A stretch of DNA of 52,001 nucleotides from an uncultured bacterium. GTDB taxonomy: Bacteria > Armatimonadota > Hebobacteria > Hebobacterales > Hebobacteraceae. Below the pieces are notes generated by a model, which was not told the DNA's origin, ran no database searches, and saw nothing but the letters and a program-made list of their open reading frames with translations. Below are positions 37,042 to 45,494 of the stretch, piece by piece (the stretch's first letter is position 1; every line of letters begins with the position of its first letter). A program made the position numbers and the translations under genes. The stretch lies in assembly GCA_964385645.1 (NCBI GenBank), contig CAYLPT010000139.1, positions 1-52,001 of the forward strand. Direction: 5' to 3'.

Positions 37042-38331
37042 CTACTCGAGCATCCACTCCGCCGCCCGGAACACGAAGTCGAAGTACGTCCGCACCCCGA
37101 GGAGGAACACCGCGCCCGCCGCGCACATCCAGACGAGGCCGATCGTGACCCCCGCGACGCGCACGAACGTCTTGCGCCTCACCTCGTTATCCAGCCGGTA
37201 GTAGCCGGCGGCCCGGGCAAGCATCTCCGGCAGGCTGCCCGCGGTCTCACCGGTGGCGGCCAGGCTGAGGGTGTCCTGATCGAAGGCACGGGTCTCCGCG
37301 AGGGCCCGCGCGAGCGGGACTCCCTCGCGCAGCGCGGGCGCGACCCGCATGAGCACTGGCGTCAGCTCGATATTGCCGGCCGCCATCGCCGCCTCCTCGG
37401 CGGCCTCCCCTGGTGACAGGCCGCCCCGGAGCAGCAGGCCGAGGGCGGCCGTGTAGCGCTCGAGCGCGGCCGCCCGCGCCAGCCTGCCGATGATGGGGAG
37501 GCGAATCACGAGCCGCTGCTGGAGAGCCTGGAACCAAGTGAAAGCGGAGAGCGCCTGCCAGATGACGACCAGGCCCACGACGCCCGCGCCAATGGGCAGC
37601 GACACCGTCGCGAAGTAGGACCAGATGGCCTTCAGCATGAGCTGTAGGTCCCAGCCCGCCTCCGGGATGGGCTGGCGGAGGGCGAGGATGGCGGGCAGGA
37701 CGAGCAGGATGGCCGGCAGGCCGAAGAAGAGCGCGAAGAAGAGCCGGAGGCGCAGCGCGGAGCGCGTCCCCCACTCCGTCTCATAGGCGAGCGCGATCTG
37801 CTCGACCGCATCGGGCAGGAAACCGCCCGCCTCGGCGGCGCGCATGACGCCGATGTGCCAGGGCTGGAAGAGCCCGGGGTGTCGCTGCATCACCCCGGAG
37901 ACGCGCTCGCCCCGCGCGGCCGCCTCGGCCATCTCCCGGGCCACCGGCCGCAGCCCCGCGGGGGCGCGGAGGGAGAGCTCCCGGCAGGCCTGCGCCACCG
38001 GCGCCCCTGCGCGGAGCATCGTGTGCAGCTCGCGGAAGAAGATGGTCATGCGCCGGACATGGGACAGGCCTTGGCGCAGGACGGGCGTCGAGCGCCGGGG
38101 CGACCGGGCCGTGGGGGCAGGGGCCGATGGACCGGGGGACGAATCCGCCCCGCGGGCGGGCCGCCGGCGCCCTCGGAGGGGCTCGAGCGCCTCCCAGCGG
38201 GATGCCGCGGCGGGCCGCTCCGGGGCCTGGGGCCTGGGTGTGATGGGTGCGAGCGGGTGCTGGCACCGGTAGCACCGCTCGCGGCGGACGCTGTTGTCGG
38301 CCCCGCAGTGGGGGCAGCTCTGCATGCGCAT
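37042..38331 (-). CDS. GspF/PilC-like platform protein with N-terminal CxxC...CxxC zinc ribbon and Pro-rich linker
   Basis: MRMQSCPHCGADNSVRRERCYRCQHPL, then two T2SSF-like repeats (FFRELHTMLRAGAPV..., LERYTAALGLLLRGGLSP...) with TM helices. Start is ATG 38331 or 38325. The track ORF extends to 38403. Confidence 0.72.
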   Translation of the reverse strand: MRMQSCPHCGADNSVRRERCYRCQHPLAPITPRPQAPERPAAASRWEALEPLRGRRRPARGADSSPGPSAPAPTARSPRRSTPVLRQGLSHVRRMTIFFRELHTMLRAGAPVAQACRELSLRAPAGLRPVAREMAEAAARGERVSGVMQRHPGLFQPWHIGVMRAAEAGGFLPDAVEQIALAYETEWGTRSALRLRLFFALFFGLPAILLVLPAILALRQPIPEAGWDLQLMLKAIWSYFATVSLPIGAGVVGLVVIWQALSAFTWFQALQQRLVIRLPIIGRLARAAALERYTAALGLLLRGGLSPGEAAEEAAMAAGNIELTPVLMRVAPALREGVPLARALAETRAFDQDTLSLAATGETAGSLPEMLARAAGYYRLDNEVRRKTFVRVAGVTIGLVWMCAAGAVFLLGVRTYFDFVFRAAEWMLE

Positions 38332-38401
38332 GGCGTCGGCCCGCCGACGGGGCGTGCCCATCATTATACAGCAACGCCGCCGGCCGGGAAGGGAGCCGAA
38401 C

Positions 38402-39412
38402 ATGGGGACCGCGCGAGTTGAGCCGATCAGGTGGGAGGGGGACGCGGTCGTCCTCCTCGATCAGACGCGGCTGCCGGGGGAGGAGCGGCATGTGCGCTGC
38501 GAGAGCGTAGAGCAGCTCGCCGAGGCCATCCGCTCCCTGCGGGTGCGCGGCGCGCCGCTGATCGGCATCGCCGCCGCCTACGGGATCGCGCTGGCGGCCC
38601 GCGGCGACCCCGCTGGCCGGCGGGAACGCGTCGCGCGGGCGGCCGAGGTTCTGCGCGCCACTCGGCCGACCGCCCGCAACCTGTTCTGGGCCATCGCGCG
38701 CATGGCGCGGCGTGCTGAGGAGGAGGCGGACGCCGACCAGCTAGCAGAGGAAGCGATCGCCATCCACCGGGAGGACGCCGAGACCTGCCGCCTGATCGGC
38801 GAGCACGGCTCCGCGCTCCTGCCGCGGGGCGCGGCGGTGCTGACCATCTGCAACACCGGCGCGCTGGCGACCGGAGGAGACGGCACCGCGCTGGCGGTAG
38901 TGCGCGCGGCCCGGGCAGCGGGCAACCCGGCGACCGTGCTGGCATGCGAGACGCGGCCCCTGCTCCAGGGCGCACGCCTGACCATGTGGGAGCTGATGCG
39001 CGACGGCATCCCGGCCACCCTCATCACCGATGGCATGGCGGCGGCGTGCATGGCTCAGGGGATGGCAGACCTGGTGATCACCGGCGCGGACTGCATCGCC
39101 CGCAGCGGGGACACCGCGAACAAGATCGGCACCTACAGCCTCGCCGTGCTGGCCCACCACCACGGCCTGCCCTTCTACGTAGCGGCCCCGATGTCGAGCG
39201 TGGACCTCGCGCTCGGCGACGGATCGCAGATCCCGATCGAGCAGCGCAGCCCCGAGGAGGTGCGCACTTTCGCCGGCGCGCGCATTGCGCCCGCGGGCGC
39301 CCCTGTGCTCAACCCCGCCTTCGACGTCACGCCAGCGAGTCTGATCGCGGGCATCGTGACCGAGCGCGGGGTGCTGCGGCCGCCCTACGAGCGCTCCCTG
39401 GCCTCCGGCTAG
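38402..39412 (+). CDS. mtnA: S-methyl-5-thioribose-1-phosphate isomerase (eIF-2B alpha/beta/delta family)
   Basis: LLDQTRLPGEE, VRGAPLIGIAAAYG, TICNTGALAT and GADCIARSGDTANKIGTY blocks. ATG 38402 follows GGGAAGGGAG. Confidence 0.9.
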   Translation: MGTARVEPIRWEGDAVVLLDQTRLPGEERHVRCESVEQLAEAIRSLRVRGAPLIGIAAAYGIALAARGDPAGRRERVARAAEVLRATRPTARNLFWAIARMARRAEEEADADQLAEEAIAIHREDAETCRLIGEHGSALLPRGAAVLTICNTGALATGGDGTALAVVRAARAAGNPATVLACETRPLLQGARLTMWELMRDGIPATLITDGMAAACMAQGMADLVITGADCIARSGDTANKIGTYSLAVLAHHHGLPFYVAAPMSSVDLALGDGSQIPIEQRSPEEVRTFAGARIAPAGAPVLNPAFDVTPASLIAGIVTERGVLRPPYERSLASG

Positions 39413-39422
39413 CGCGGGGCGC

Positions 39423-40547
39423 TCACGCGCCCAGCTCGATCCGGGTGCGCATCATGCGCATGATGTCGGTGCGGCTCACGATGCCCCGCAGCTGCCCGTC
39501 CTCGATCACCACCAGCCGGCCGCAGTTGCCGGAGGCCATACGCACCAGCGCCTCCCAGGAGTCGGCCCCCGGGGAGATGGTGTTGCCCTCGTCGAGCGCG
39601 GGCGCCACCTCGCCGGCGGCCGTCTGACTCCACCGCTCCCGGGGCACTTGCCGGATGTCGCCCAGGCAGAGCAGGCCGATCGGCCGGCCGTCGTCCAGCA
39701 CCGGGAAGGCGGGGTGGTTGTAGGCCATGACGTACTCATCCACGACGCGATCGAGCGGGGTGTCGGCGGGGACCCACAGCACCTCGCTGGTCATCACTCG
39801 CGAGACCGGCACCCCGGAGAGCGCCTGTCGGAGCAAGAGCTGCTGGTAGCTCGACTGCGCCGCCTGGATGAGGAACCACCCGATGAGGGCGAGCCACAGC
39901 CCGCCCAGCCCTGCGCCCCCGACGAAGAGCATGATGCCCCCCACGATCATCACCGCCCCCAGCCCCTGCCCAAACAGGGCCGCGATCCGGGTCGCCTCCT
40001 GAAGGTTGGAGGAGGCCTGCCAGATGCCGGCCCGCAGGATTCGCCCGCCGTCGAGCGGGAAGCCCGGCAACAGGTTGAACATCGCGAGCATGCCGTTCAC
40101 CCAGCCGAGCCACCAGAAGACCGTCCTGTACACCTGCCCGAACGAGAGGCTCCGCATAAGGTAGGCGAGCCCCAGGAAGAGGGCCGCCAGCACGAGGCTG
40201 GACAGGGGGCCGGCGAGGGCCATCTTGAGCTCGAGCTTGGCGGAGCGGGGCTCGTTCGCCATGCGGGAGACGCCGCCGAAGAGAAAGAGCGTGATGCCGG
40301 TGATCTCGAGGCCGTTGCGCAGCGCCACCACGGAGTGGGAGAGCTCGTGCACCAGCACGCTGCCGAAGAAGAGAAGGGTGGCGACCGCGGCGACGAGCCA
40401 GCGCGCGCCCATAGACAGGCCCGGCAGCCGGTCCCTCAGCAGGCCGGTGGAGAGCGCGAGCGCGACCAGGAAGAAGATGATGAACCAGGTGTAGTCCACC
40501 TCGATGCTGATGCCGAAGATGCGGGCGATCCGGAACGATCGGGTCAT
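39423..40547 (-). CDS. site-2 (M50) zinc metalloprotease with C-terminal CBS pair
   Basis: HELSHS (HExxH), FLFGGV, and a CBS-like tail (VMTSEVLWVP...VIEDGQLRGIVSRTDI). ATG 40547 lies 8 nt after GGGAGG. The track start GTG 40556 has no spacer to the SD. Confidence 0.9.
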   Translation of the reverse strand: MTRSFRIARIFGISIEVDYTWFIIFFLVALALSTGLLRDRLPGLSMGARWLVAAVATLLFFGSVLVHELSHSVVALRNGLEITGITLFLFGGVSRMANEPRSAKLELKMALAGPLSSLVLAALFLGLAYLMRSLSFGQVYRTVFWWLGWVNGMLAMFNLLPGFPLDGGRILRAGIWQASSNLQEATRIAALFGQGLGAVMIVGGIMLFVGGAGLGGLWLALIGWFLIQAAQSSYQQLLLRQALSGVPVSRVMTSEVLWVPADTPLDRVVDEYVMAYNHPAFPVLDDGRPIGLLCLGDIRQVPRERWSQTAAGEVAPALDEGNTISPGADSWEALVRMASGNCGRLVVIEDGQLRGIVSRTDIMRMMRTRIELGA

Positions 40548-40567
40548 GGCAGTCACCTCCCGTGAGC

Positions 40568-42868
40568 TCAGAGGGACGGGCGACGCCCGTGCCGGGTGCA
40601 GGTCTCGGTGGGCGCCTCCTCGGCCTCGAAGGTGCGCTCCACGACTACCGGGCAGTGGGGGGTCGCCAAGGCGCCGGTGATGCGACAGATGGAGAGCGTG
40701 ACGCGGCGGGCGGGGGCGCTTGGGCGCGACGGCTCGACCCGTCGGGGCGGTTCGCCAGGGACAGGCGTGGTGTGGATGTTGCAGGTCTCAGTGGGGGGTG
40801 TGGCGCCGGCGCTCAGGTCGTAGGTGACCTCGACGGCCGGGGGGCAGTAGGGGCCGGCGAGCATCCCGGAGGTGGGACAGATCAGCTTGGTCTCGATGCG
40901 GTCGGCCCGCGCGGGCTCAGGGGGCCGCGGCTCCAGCGCCTCAGGCGGCTCAGGCGCCTCCGCTACGCCCCTGTCACTGGGGCTGATCTCGATGATGCGC
41001 GCGGTGCGCTCCTGCTGTCCCACAGAGGCCATGATGGGCTGGGCCTTCACCATGAAGCGGGCCCAGACGGGTGCGGGCAAGGTCGCGCCCGCGATGCCGC
41101 GCCCGTGGGCCCGTCCCCCGGGGGCGGTGCTCTCGAACTTGTCGTTGCCCATCCAGACGGCCGCGCTGAGCTCATCCGTGAAGCCGATGAACCAGGCGTC
41201 GCGGTACTCGTTCGAGGTGCCGGTCTTGCCCATGGCCGGGAAGGAGAGCAGGCCCGAGATGCCCCGGGCGGTGCCCTGGGTTATCACCGCGCGGAGCATG
41301 TCCCGCATTGCGTCGGCCACCTGCGGGTGGAGTACGCGCCAGGCCTTCACGGTGTGCTCCTCGAGGGTGCGGCCGCGCGCATCCACCACCTTCTCGACCG
41401 CATAGGGCTCGGTGCGCATCCCGCGGGCGGCGAAGACGGCGTAGGCGGAGGCCATCTCCAGCGGGCTCACATCGCAGTAGCCGATGGCGAGCGGCAGGTA
41501 GTGCTCCATCTGCTGGTAGATGCCCATGCGCTCCGCGACATCTATGACCGATCCGATGCCCACCATGTCGGCCACGCGCACCGCGGAGACGTTGTACGAA
41601 TGGGCCAGCGCCTCTCGGAAAGTGACCGGTCCGTGGTACCTGCCGTCGTAGTTCTTGGGCGTCCAGCTCCGGCCCGCCCGACCGGGGTAGCTCACGGGCC
41701 AGTCCTCGACGATGCTCTGTGGGGTGTAGCCCTGCTCGAGGGCGGCCGTGTAGACGAAGGGTTTGAAGGCCGAACCCGCCTGCCGGCCCCCCTGGACGGC
41801 CCGGTTGTACTGGGTCTTCTCCCAGCCCGCGCCGCCCACCATCGCCTTCACCGCGCCGGTGCGCGCGTCGAGGGCCACCAGGGCCGCCTGGTCGGCGTTG
41901 AAGCCTCGTCGCTTCGCCTCCGCGATCCCCCAGGCGACGGCCTCCTCGGCCGCCTGCTGCATCTCGAGGTTGAGCGTGGTGTGGATCGTCAGCCCGCCCT
42001 GGTAGAGCGCGTCCGCGCCATAGGTGGAGGCCAGCCGCCTGAGCACATAGTGCGTGAAGTAGGGCGCCCGGAAGCTGCTCAGCCCCAGCGGCCTGCGCTC
42101 GGCCCGCAGCTTGATCGGGGACTCCCGGGCCTCCGCCAGCTCCTCCTGCGTGATGAAGCCCTGGGAGGCCATGAGATCGAGCACCAGGTTGCGGCGGTCC
42201 CGCGCCCGCTCCTCGTTCTCGAAGGGCGAGTAGTACTCGGGGCGCCGCGGCAGCCCGGCCAGCAGCGCGCACTCCGCCAGCCCGAGGTCGCTCACATCCT
42301 TCCCGAAGTAGGTCTTGGCGGCCACCTGGACCCCGTAGGCACCCTCGCCGAAGTAGATCTGGTTCAGGTATAGCTCCATGATCTCCGGCTTCGTGTAGGC
42401 CCGCTCAAGCTGGACCGCGAGCACTACCTCGGCGAGCTTGCGGGAGAGGGTGCGCTCGTGGCTCAGGTAGACGTTGCGCACCAGTTGCTGGGTGATAGTG
42501 CTCGTGCCCCTGCCGTAGAGGATGCCGCGGACGATGCCCCGCGGGTCCACACCCACGTGCCGGTAGAACTCGCGGTCCTCCACGGCCAGGAAGGCGTCCT
42601 GGAGCTCCCGCGGGATGTCCTCGAGAGGGACGAACTGCCGGTTCTCGGTGAACACCGTGCCCAGCAGCTCTCCCTCGGCGGAGAAGACGCGCGAGCCCAG
42701 CCCGGGGCGGATGTCGCCGAGCTGCTGGGCCCGGGGGATGACCTTCGCGATCCCCGTATAGGTGCCCAGGAGCACCCCCAGGCCCCCGGCCACCGCCACC
42801 AGCAGCCCCAGGTTGGCGAACCGGAGGGCCCACCAGATGACATCTCGTAAGCCGACCCTGGGCCTCAT
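40568..42868 (-). CDS. bifunctional class A penicillin-binding protein (PBP1A family)
   Basis: Transglycosylase EDREFYRHVGVD and RKLAE. Transpeptidase SAFKPF (SxxK), SYN and KTGT. The C-terminal extension carries two Cys-containing repeats. Confidence 0.93.
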   Translation of the reverse strand: MRPRVGLRDVIWWALRFANLGLLVAVAGGLGVLLGTYTGIAKVIPRAQQLGDIRPGLGSRVFSAEGELLGTVFTENRQFVPLEDIPRELQDAFLAVEDREFYRHVGVDPRGIVRGILYGRGTSTITQQLVRNVYLSHERTLSRKLAEVVLAVQLERAYTKPEIMELYLNQIYFGEGAYGVQVAAKTYFGKDVSDLGLAECALLAGLPRRPEYYSPFENEERARDRRNLVLDLMASQGFITQEELAEARESPIKLRAERRPLGLSSFRAPYFTHYVLRRLASTYGADALYQGGLTIHTTLNLEMQQAAEEAVAWGIAEAKRRGFNADQAALVALDARTGAVKAMVGGAGWEKTQYNRAVQGGRQAGSAFKPFVYTAALEQGYTPQSIVEDWPVSYPGRAGRSWTPKNYDGRYHGPVTFREALAHSYNVSAVRVADMVGIGSVIDVAERMGIYQQMEHYLPLAIGYCDVSPLEMASAYAVFAARGMRTEPYAVEKVVDARGRTLEEHTVKAWRVLHPQVADAMRDMLRAVITQGTARGISGLLSFPAMGKTGTSNEYRDAWFIGFTDELSAAVWMGNDKFESTAPGGRAHGRGIAGATLPAPVWARFMVKAQPIMASVGQQERTARIIEISPSDRGVAEAPEPPEALEPRPPEPARADRIETKLICPTSGMLAGPYCPPAVEVTYDLSAGATPPTETCNIHTTPVPGEPPRRVEPSRPSAPARRVTLSICRITGALATPHCPVVVERTFEAEEAPTETCTRHGRRPSL

Positions 42869-42898
42869 CTCATCTCACACCAGCCGCGGAGCAGGACA

Positions 42899-42915
42899 CA
42901 GGAGACAAGCTCCTG
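42899..42915 (-). terminator. hairpin 4 nt after the 5'-nucleotidase-C gene stop
   Basis: CAGGAG-acaag-CTCCTG, a 6-bp stem. Could be an attenuator rather than a terminator, because PBP1A follows in the same direction. Confidence 0.22.
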
Positions 42916-42918
42916 ACC

Positions 42919-43593
42919 CTAGGGCTCCGCAGGCGGGGCCGCCAGGTCGCGCAGCCGTCCCCCCGCCGTGATGTCCACCTGCCCCAGCGCGCGTACATGG
43001 TCGGCCAGCGCCTGGCCGAGGGCCGGCCCCTCGGCCCTCGGCTCCAGCCCGTTGAAGATGCGGAAGTACCCCAGCGCGCCCTTCGCCAGCGAGCGCGCCA
43101 TGGCCACCCGGTAGACCCCCTCCGGCGCCAGGGGCCGGCCGGCCACGCGGACGCCGACGACTCGCCGGCCCGCCGGGGCGTCGGAGCGGAAGTCCACCGT
43201 CAGCCCCGACACCTGCAGGAATCCGGTGCTGGGCCTCGGGAGCGAGGAGAGGCTGTGCTCGAGCGCGGCCAGCACCTGGCCGCCCGACATCTCGACCAGG
43301 ACGACCGGCTCCTCGGGATACACGAGCGCCGACTCGAGGGCCTGCCGCGTCAGCTCCCCTGCGGGGATCAGCCGAGAGCGGAATAGGCTGGCCTGCACCA
43401 GTGCGAGGTCGGCCCTGACGGCGCCCCGCGCGGCGTCGGCGACCAGGTCGCCCATGGCCGTCTCCCGGGTGCGGACCTGCGCGTCGCGGGCATCCAGCGG
43501 CACCTTCGTCGTGCCCAGCGCCTGCGCCCAGGCCAGCCCGGCAAGCAGCACGATCGCCGCCGCCAGGTGAGTCTTCGCCATCCACCCCTTCAT
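42919..43593 (-). CDS. secreted protein consisting only of a 5'-nucleotidase C-terminal (substrate-binding) domain
   Basis: Signal peptide MKGWMAKTHLAAAIVLLAGLAWAQA, then ETAMGDLVADAAR and GFLQVSGLTVDF...RVVGVRVAGRPL, typical of the UshA/5_nucleotid_C domain. No metallophosphatase domain. Confidence 0.72.
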   Translation of the reverse strand: MKGWMAKTHLAAAIVLLAGLAWAQALGTTKVPLDARDAQVRTRETAMGDLVADAARGAVRADLALVQASLFRSRLIPAGELTRQALESALVYPEEPVVLVEMSGGQVLAALEHSLSSLPRPSTGFLQVSGLTVDFRSDAPAGRRVVGVRVAGRPLAPEGVYRVAMARSLAKGALGYFRIFNGLEPRAEGPALGQALADHVRALGQVDITAGGRLRDLAAPPAEP

Positions 43594-43683
43594 GATCCGG
43601 TCACCACCTCTCCGGCCTCGCCCGGGCCGCGCGGGGCGGGCCTGCTCGCGGGGTAGGATACCCCTGTTTCGCCCAGGGGCAAC

Positions 43684-44812
43684 CTAGCTCGCGGGCGCCC
43701 GTGACCGCCGCGCGAGGTCCCAGCTCAGGTAGGCCTGGATGAGACCGTCCAGCTTGCCGTCCAGGACGGCCTCCGTGTCACTCGTTTCGTACCCGGTCCG
43801 GTGATCCTTCACCATCTGGTACGGATGGAGCACATAGGAGCGAATCTGGTGCCCCCAGGCGATGTCGGTCTGCTCGCCCCGGAGCTCCGCCATCTTCTTC
43901 TCCTGCTCCTCCCGCTGGCGCTGCAGGAGCCTCGCCTTCAGCACCCGCAGCGCGAAGGCGCGGTTCTTGTGCTGGGAGCGCTCGTTCTGGCAGGTCACCA
44001 CGATGCCGGTGGGCAGGTGGGTCATGCGCACCGCCGAGTCCGCCTTGTTCACATGCTGGCCGCCGGCGCTGCTGGCGCGGAAGGTTTCCACCTTCAGGTC
44101 CTCGGCGCTGATCTGCACCTCGTCGGCCTCCGCCACCTCCGGCATGGCATCCACCGAGGCGAAGGTGGTGTGCCGTCGCCGCGCCGAGTCGAAGGGCGAG
44201 ATGCGCACCAGGCGGTGCACGCCGCGCTCGCCCCTCAGCAGCCCGTAGGCGTTGCGGCCCGAGACGCTGAAGGTGACGCTGCGGCTGCCGGCCTCATCGC
44301 CGGGGGTGCGGTCAATCATCTCCCACCCGTAGCCGCGCTCCTCGGCCCAGCGCCCGTACATGCGGGCCAGCATGTCCACCCAGTCACAGCTCTCGGTGCC
44401 GCCCGCGCCCGCGTTGATGTGGACGATGGCGTCGTGATCATCGTACTCCCCGCCGAGCATGGCGGCCAGCTGCTGCTCGGCGAGGGTGCGCTCCAGCTCC
44501 CCCAGCGTGCCCTCGAGCTCGGCCGCCTCACTCTCGGCGCCCTCCTGCTCGGCCAGCTGGGCGAGGACGAGCGCGTCCTCCGCCCTCCGGAGGAGGGCCT
44601 GGAGGGGCTCGATCTCGCGGCGGCGGCGGGCGATGTCGGCGTGGAGCCGCTGCGCGGCCGCCGGATCGTCCCATACGTCGGGCCGGCCGGCCTGCTCCTC
44701 GAGCTTGCTCAGCTCGGCCTCGCGGGTGGCGAGGTCAAAGATGACCCCTCAGTTCCTGCGCCTTATTGAGGAGTTGCTCGGCGCGCTCCCGCAGCGCCTG
44801 CAAATCCGCCAC
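43684..44812 (-). CDS. prfB: peptide chain release factor 2, requires programmed +1 frameshift (join 44812-44738, 44736-43684)
   Basis: GTG 44812 follows GGGAGGTG and gives MADLQALRERAEQLLNKAQELRGHL, then in-frame TGA. Shifting +1 continues DLATREAELSKLEEQAGRPDVWDD... into track ORF 43684-44460, which carries SPF and GGQHVN. Confidence 0.93.
44734..44750 (-). promoter_or_regulatory. RF2 autoregulatory +1 frameshift site (SD-like GAGGGGU, 3-nt spacer, CUU UGA C)
   Basis: The minus strand reads GAGGGGTCATCTTTGAC, matching the E. coli AGGGGGTATCTTTGAC architecture. Confidence 0.88.
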
Positions 44813-44882
44813 GCAGCATCACCTCCCAATGGGCCGCGCCGGGCGCAAGGGCCCGGGCCGACCCGCGACTCGTCCCATGGTC

Positions 44883-45494
44883 CTAGGGAGCGACTCCCAC
44901 GATCACCAGCGGCACCGCCGGCGTGCCTCGCCCCTGGCGAAGCAGGTTGTATAGCTCGGCTTCGTAGTAGGCGACCCCCGATGACATCTGGGCCTGTAGC
45001 TCCTTCATCGGCAGTATCTCAATGCCCACGTCTATCTTGTCCCCAATGAAGAATGCCATGTGCTTGACGAATAGGTCGTAGGCCACGAAGGCGTACTTGC
45101 CGAACTGCACCTCGATCTCTATGCGGTCCTTCACGAAGTCGGTCTGGTTGTACGAGAAGATGGGCTGTAGTCCGGCCTCCTCGATCTCCCGCTTCTGCTG
45201 TTCGGGCGGCATATGCATGGTCTTGCGGATTAGCTGGTGGTCCGCGGTGACCCAGTATGAGGTCCTCTCCTGGTGCCAGCCTTGGCTGAGGAGCAATTGC
45301 CTGAACGAGTCGTTCATGGCGGCGGGGCTGTAGAGCAGCCTGCCCAGCATGGTCTTCTCCTTCGACCGCTTCGTCATGCAGGCCTGGGCGTCCACTGTCG
45401 CGATGACGGTTTCGATCTCCTCCCATATGAGGGGCTTGTGAACCTTGATATGCTCCCACCCATTGAGGTGTGAGTACACGGCCACAGTCCTCAT
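44883..45494 (-). CDS. Type II restriction endonuclease, BglII/BstYI(BamHI)-like fold
   Basis: 203 aa from ATG 45494, which overlaps the methylase TGA (ATGA). The blocks IEIEVQFGKYAFVAYDLF, IDVGIEILPMKELQ, SGVAYYEAELYNLL and PAVPLVIVGV parallel BglII LVEVQFSNYPFLL / SSLYYEQAQNQL / VPIRLVGL from memory. Low-GC gene. Confidence 0.72.
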   Translation of the reverse strand: MRTVAVYSHLNGWEHIKVHKPLIWEEIETVIATVDAQACMTKRSKEKTMLGRLLYSPAAMNDSFRQLLLSQGWHQERTSYWVTADHQLIRKTMHMPPEQQKREIEEAGLQPIFSYNQTDFVKDRIEIEVQFGKYAFVAYDLFVKHMAFFIGDKIDVGIEILPMKELQAQMSSGVAYYEAELYNLLRQGRGTPAVPLVIVGVAP

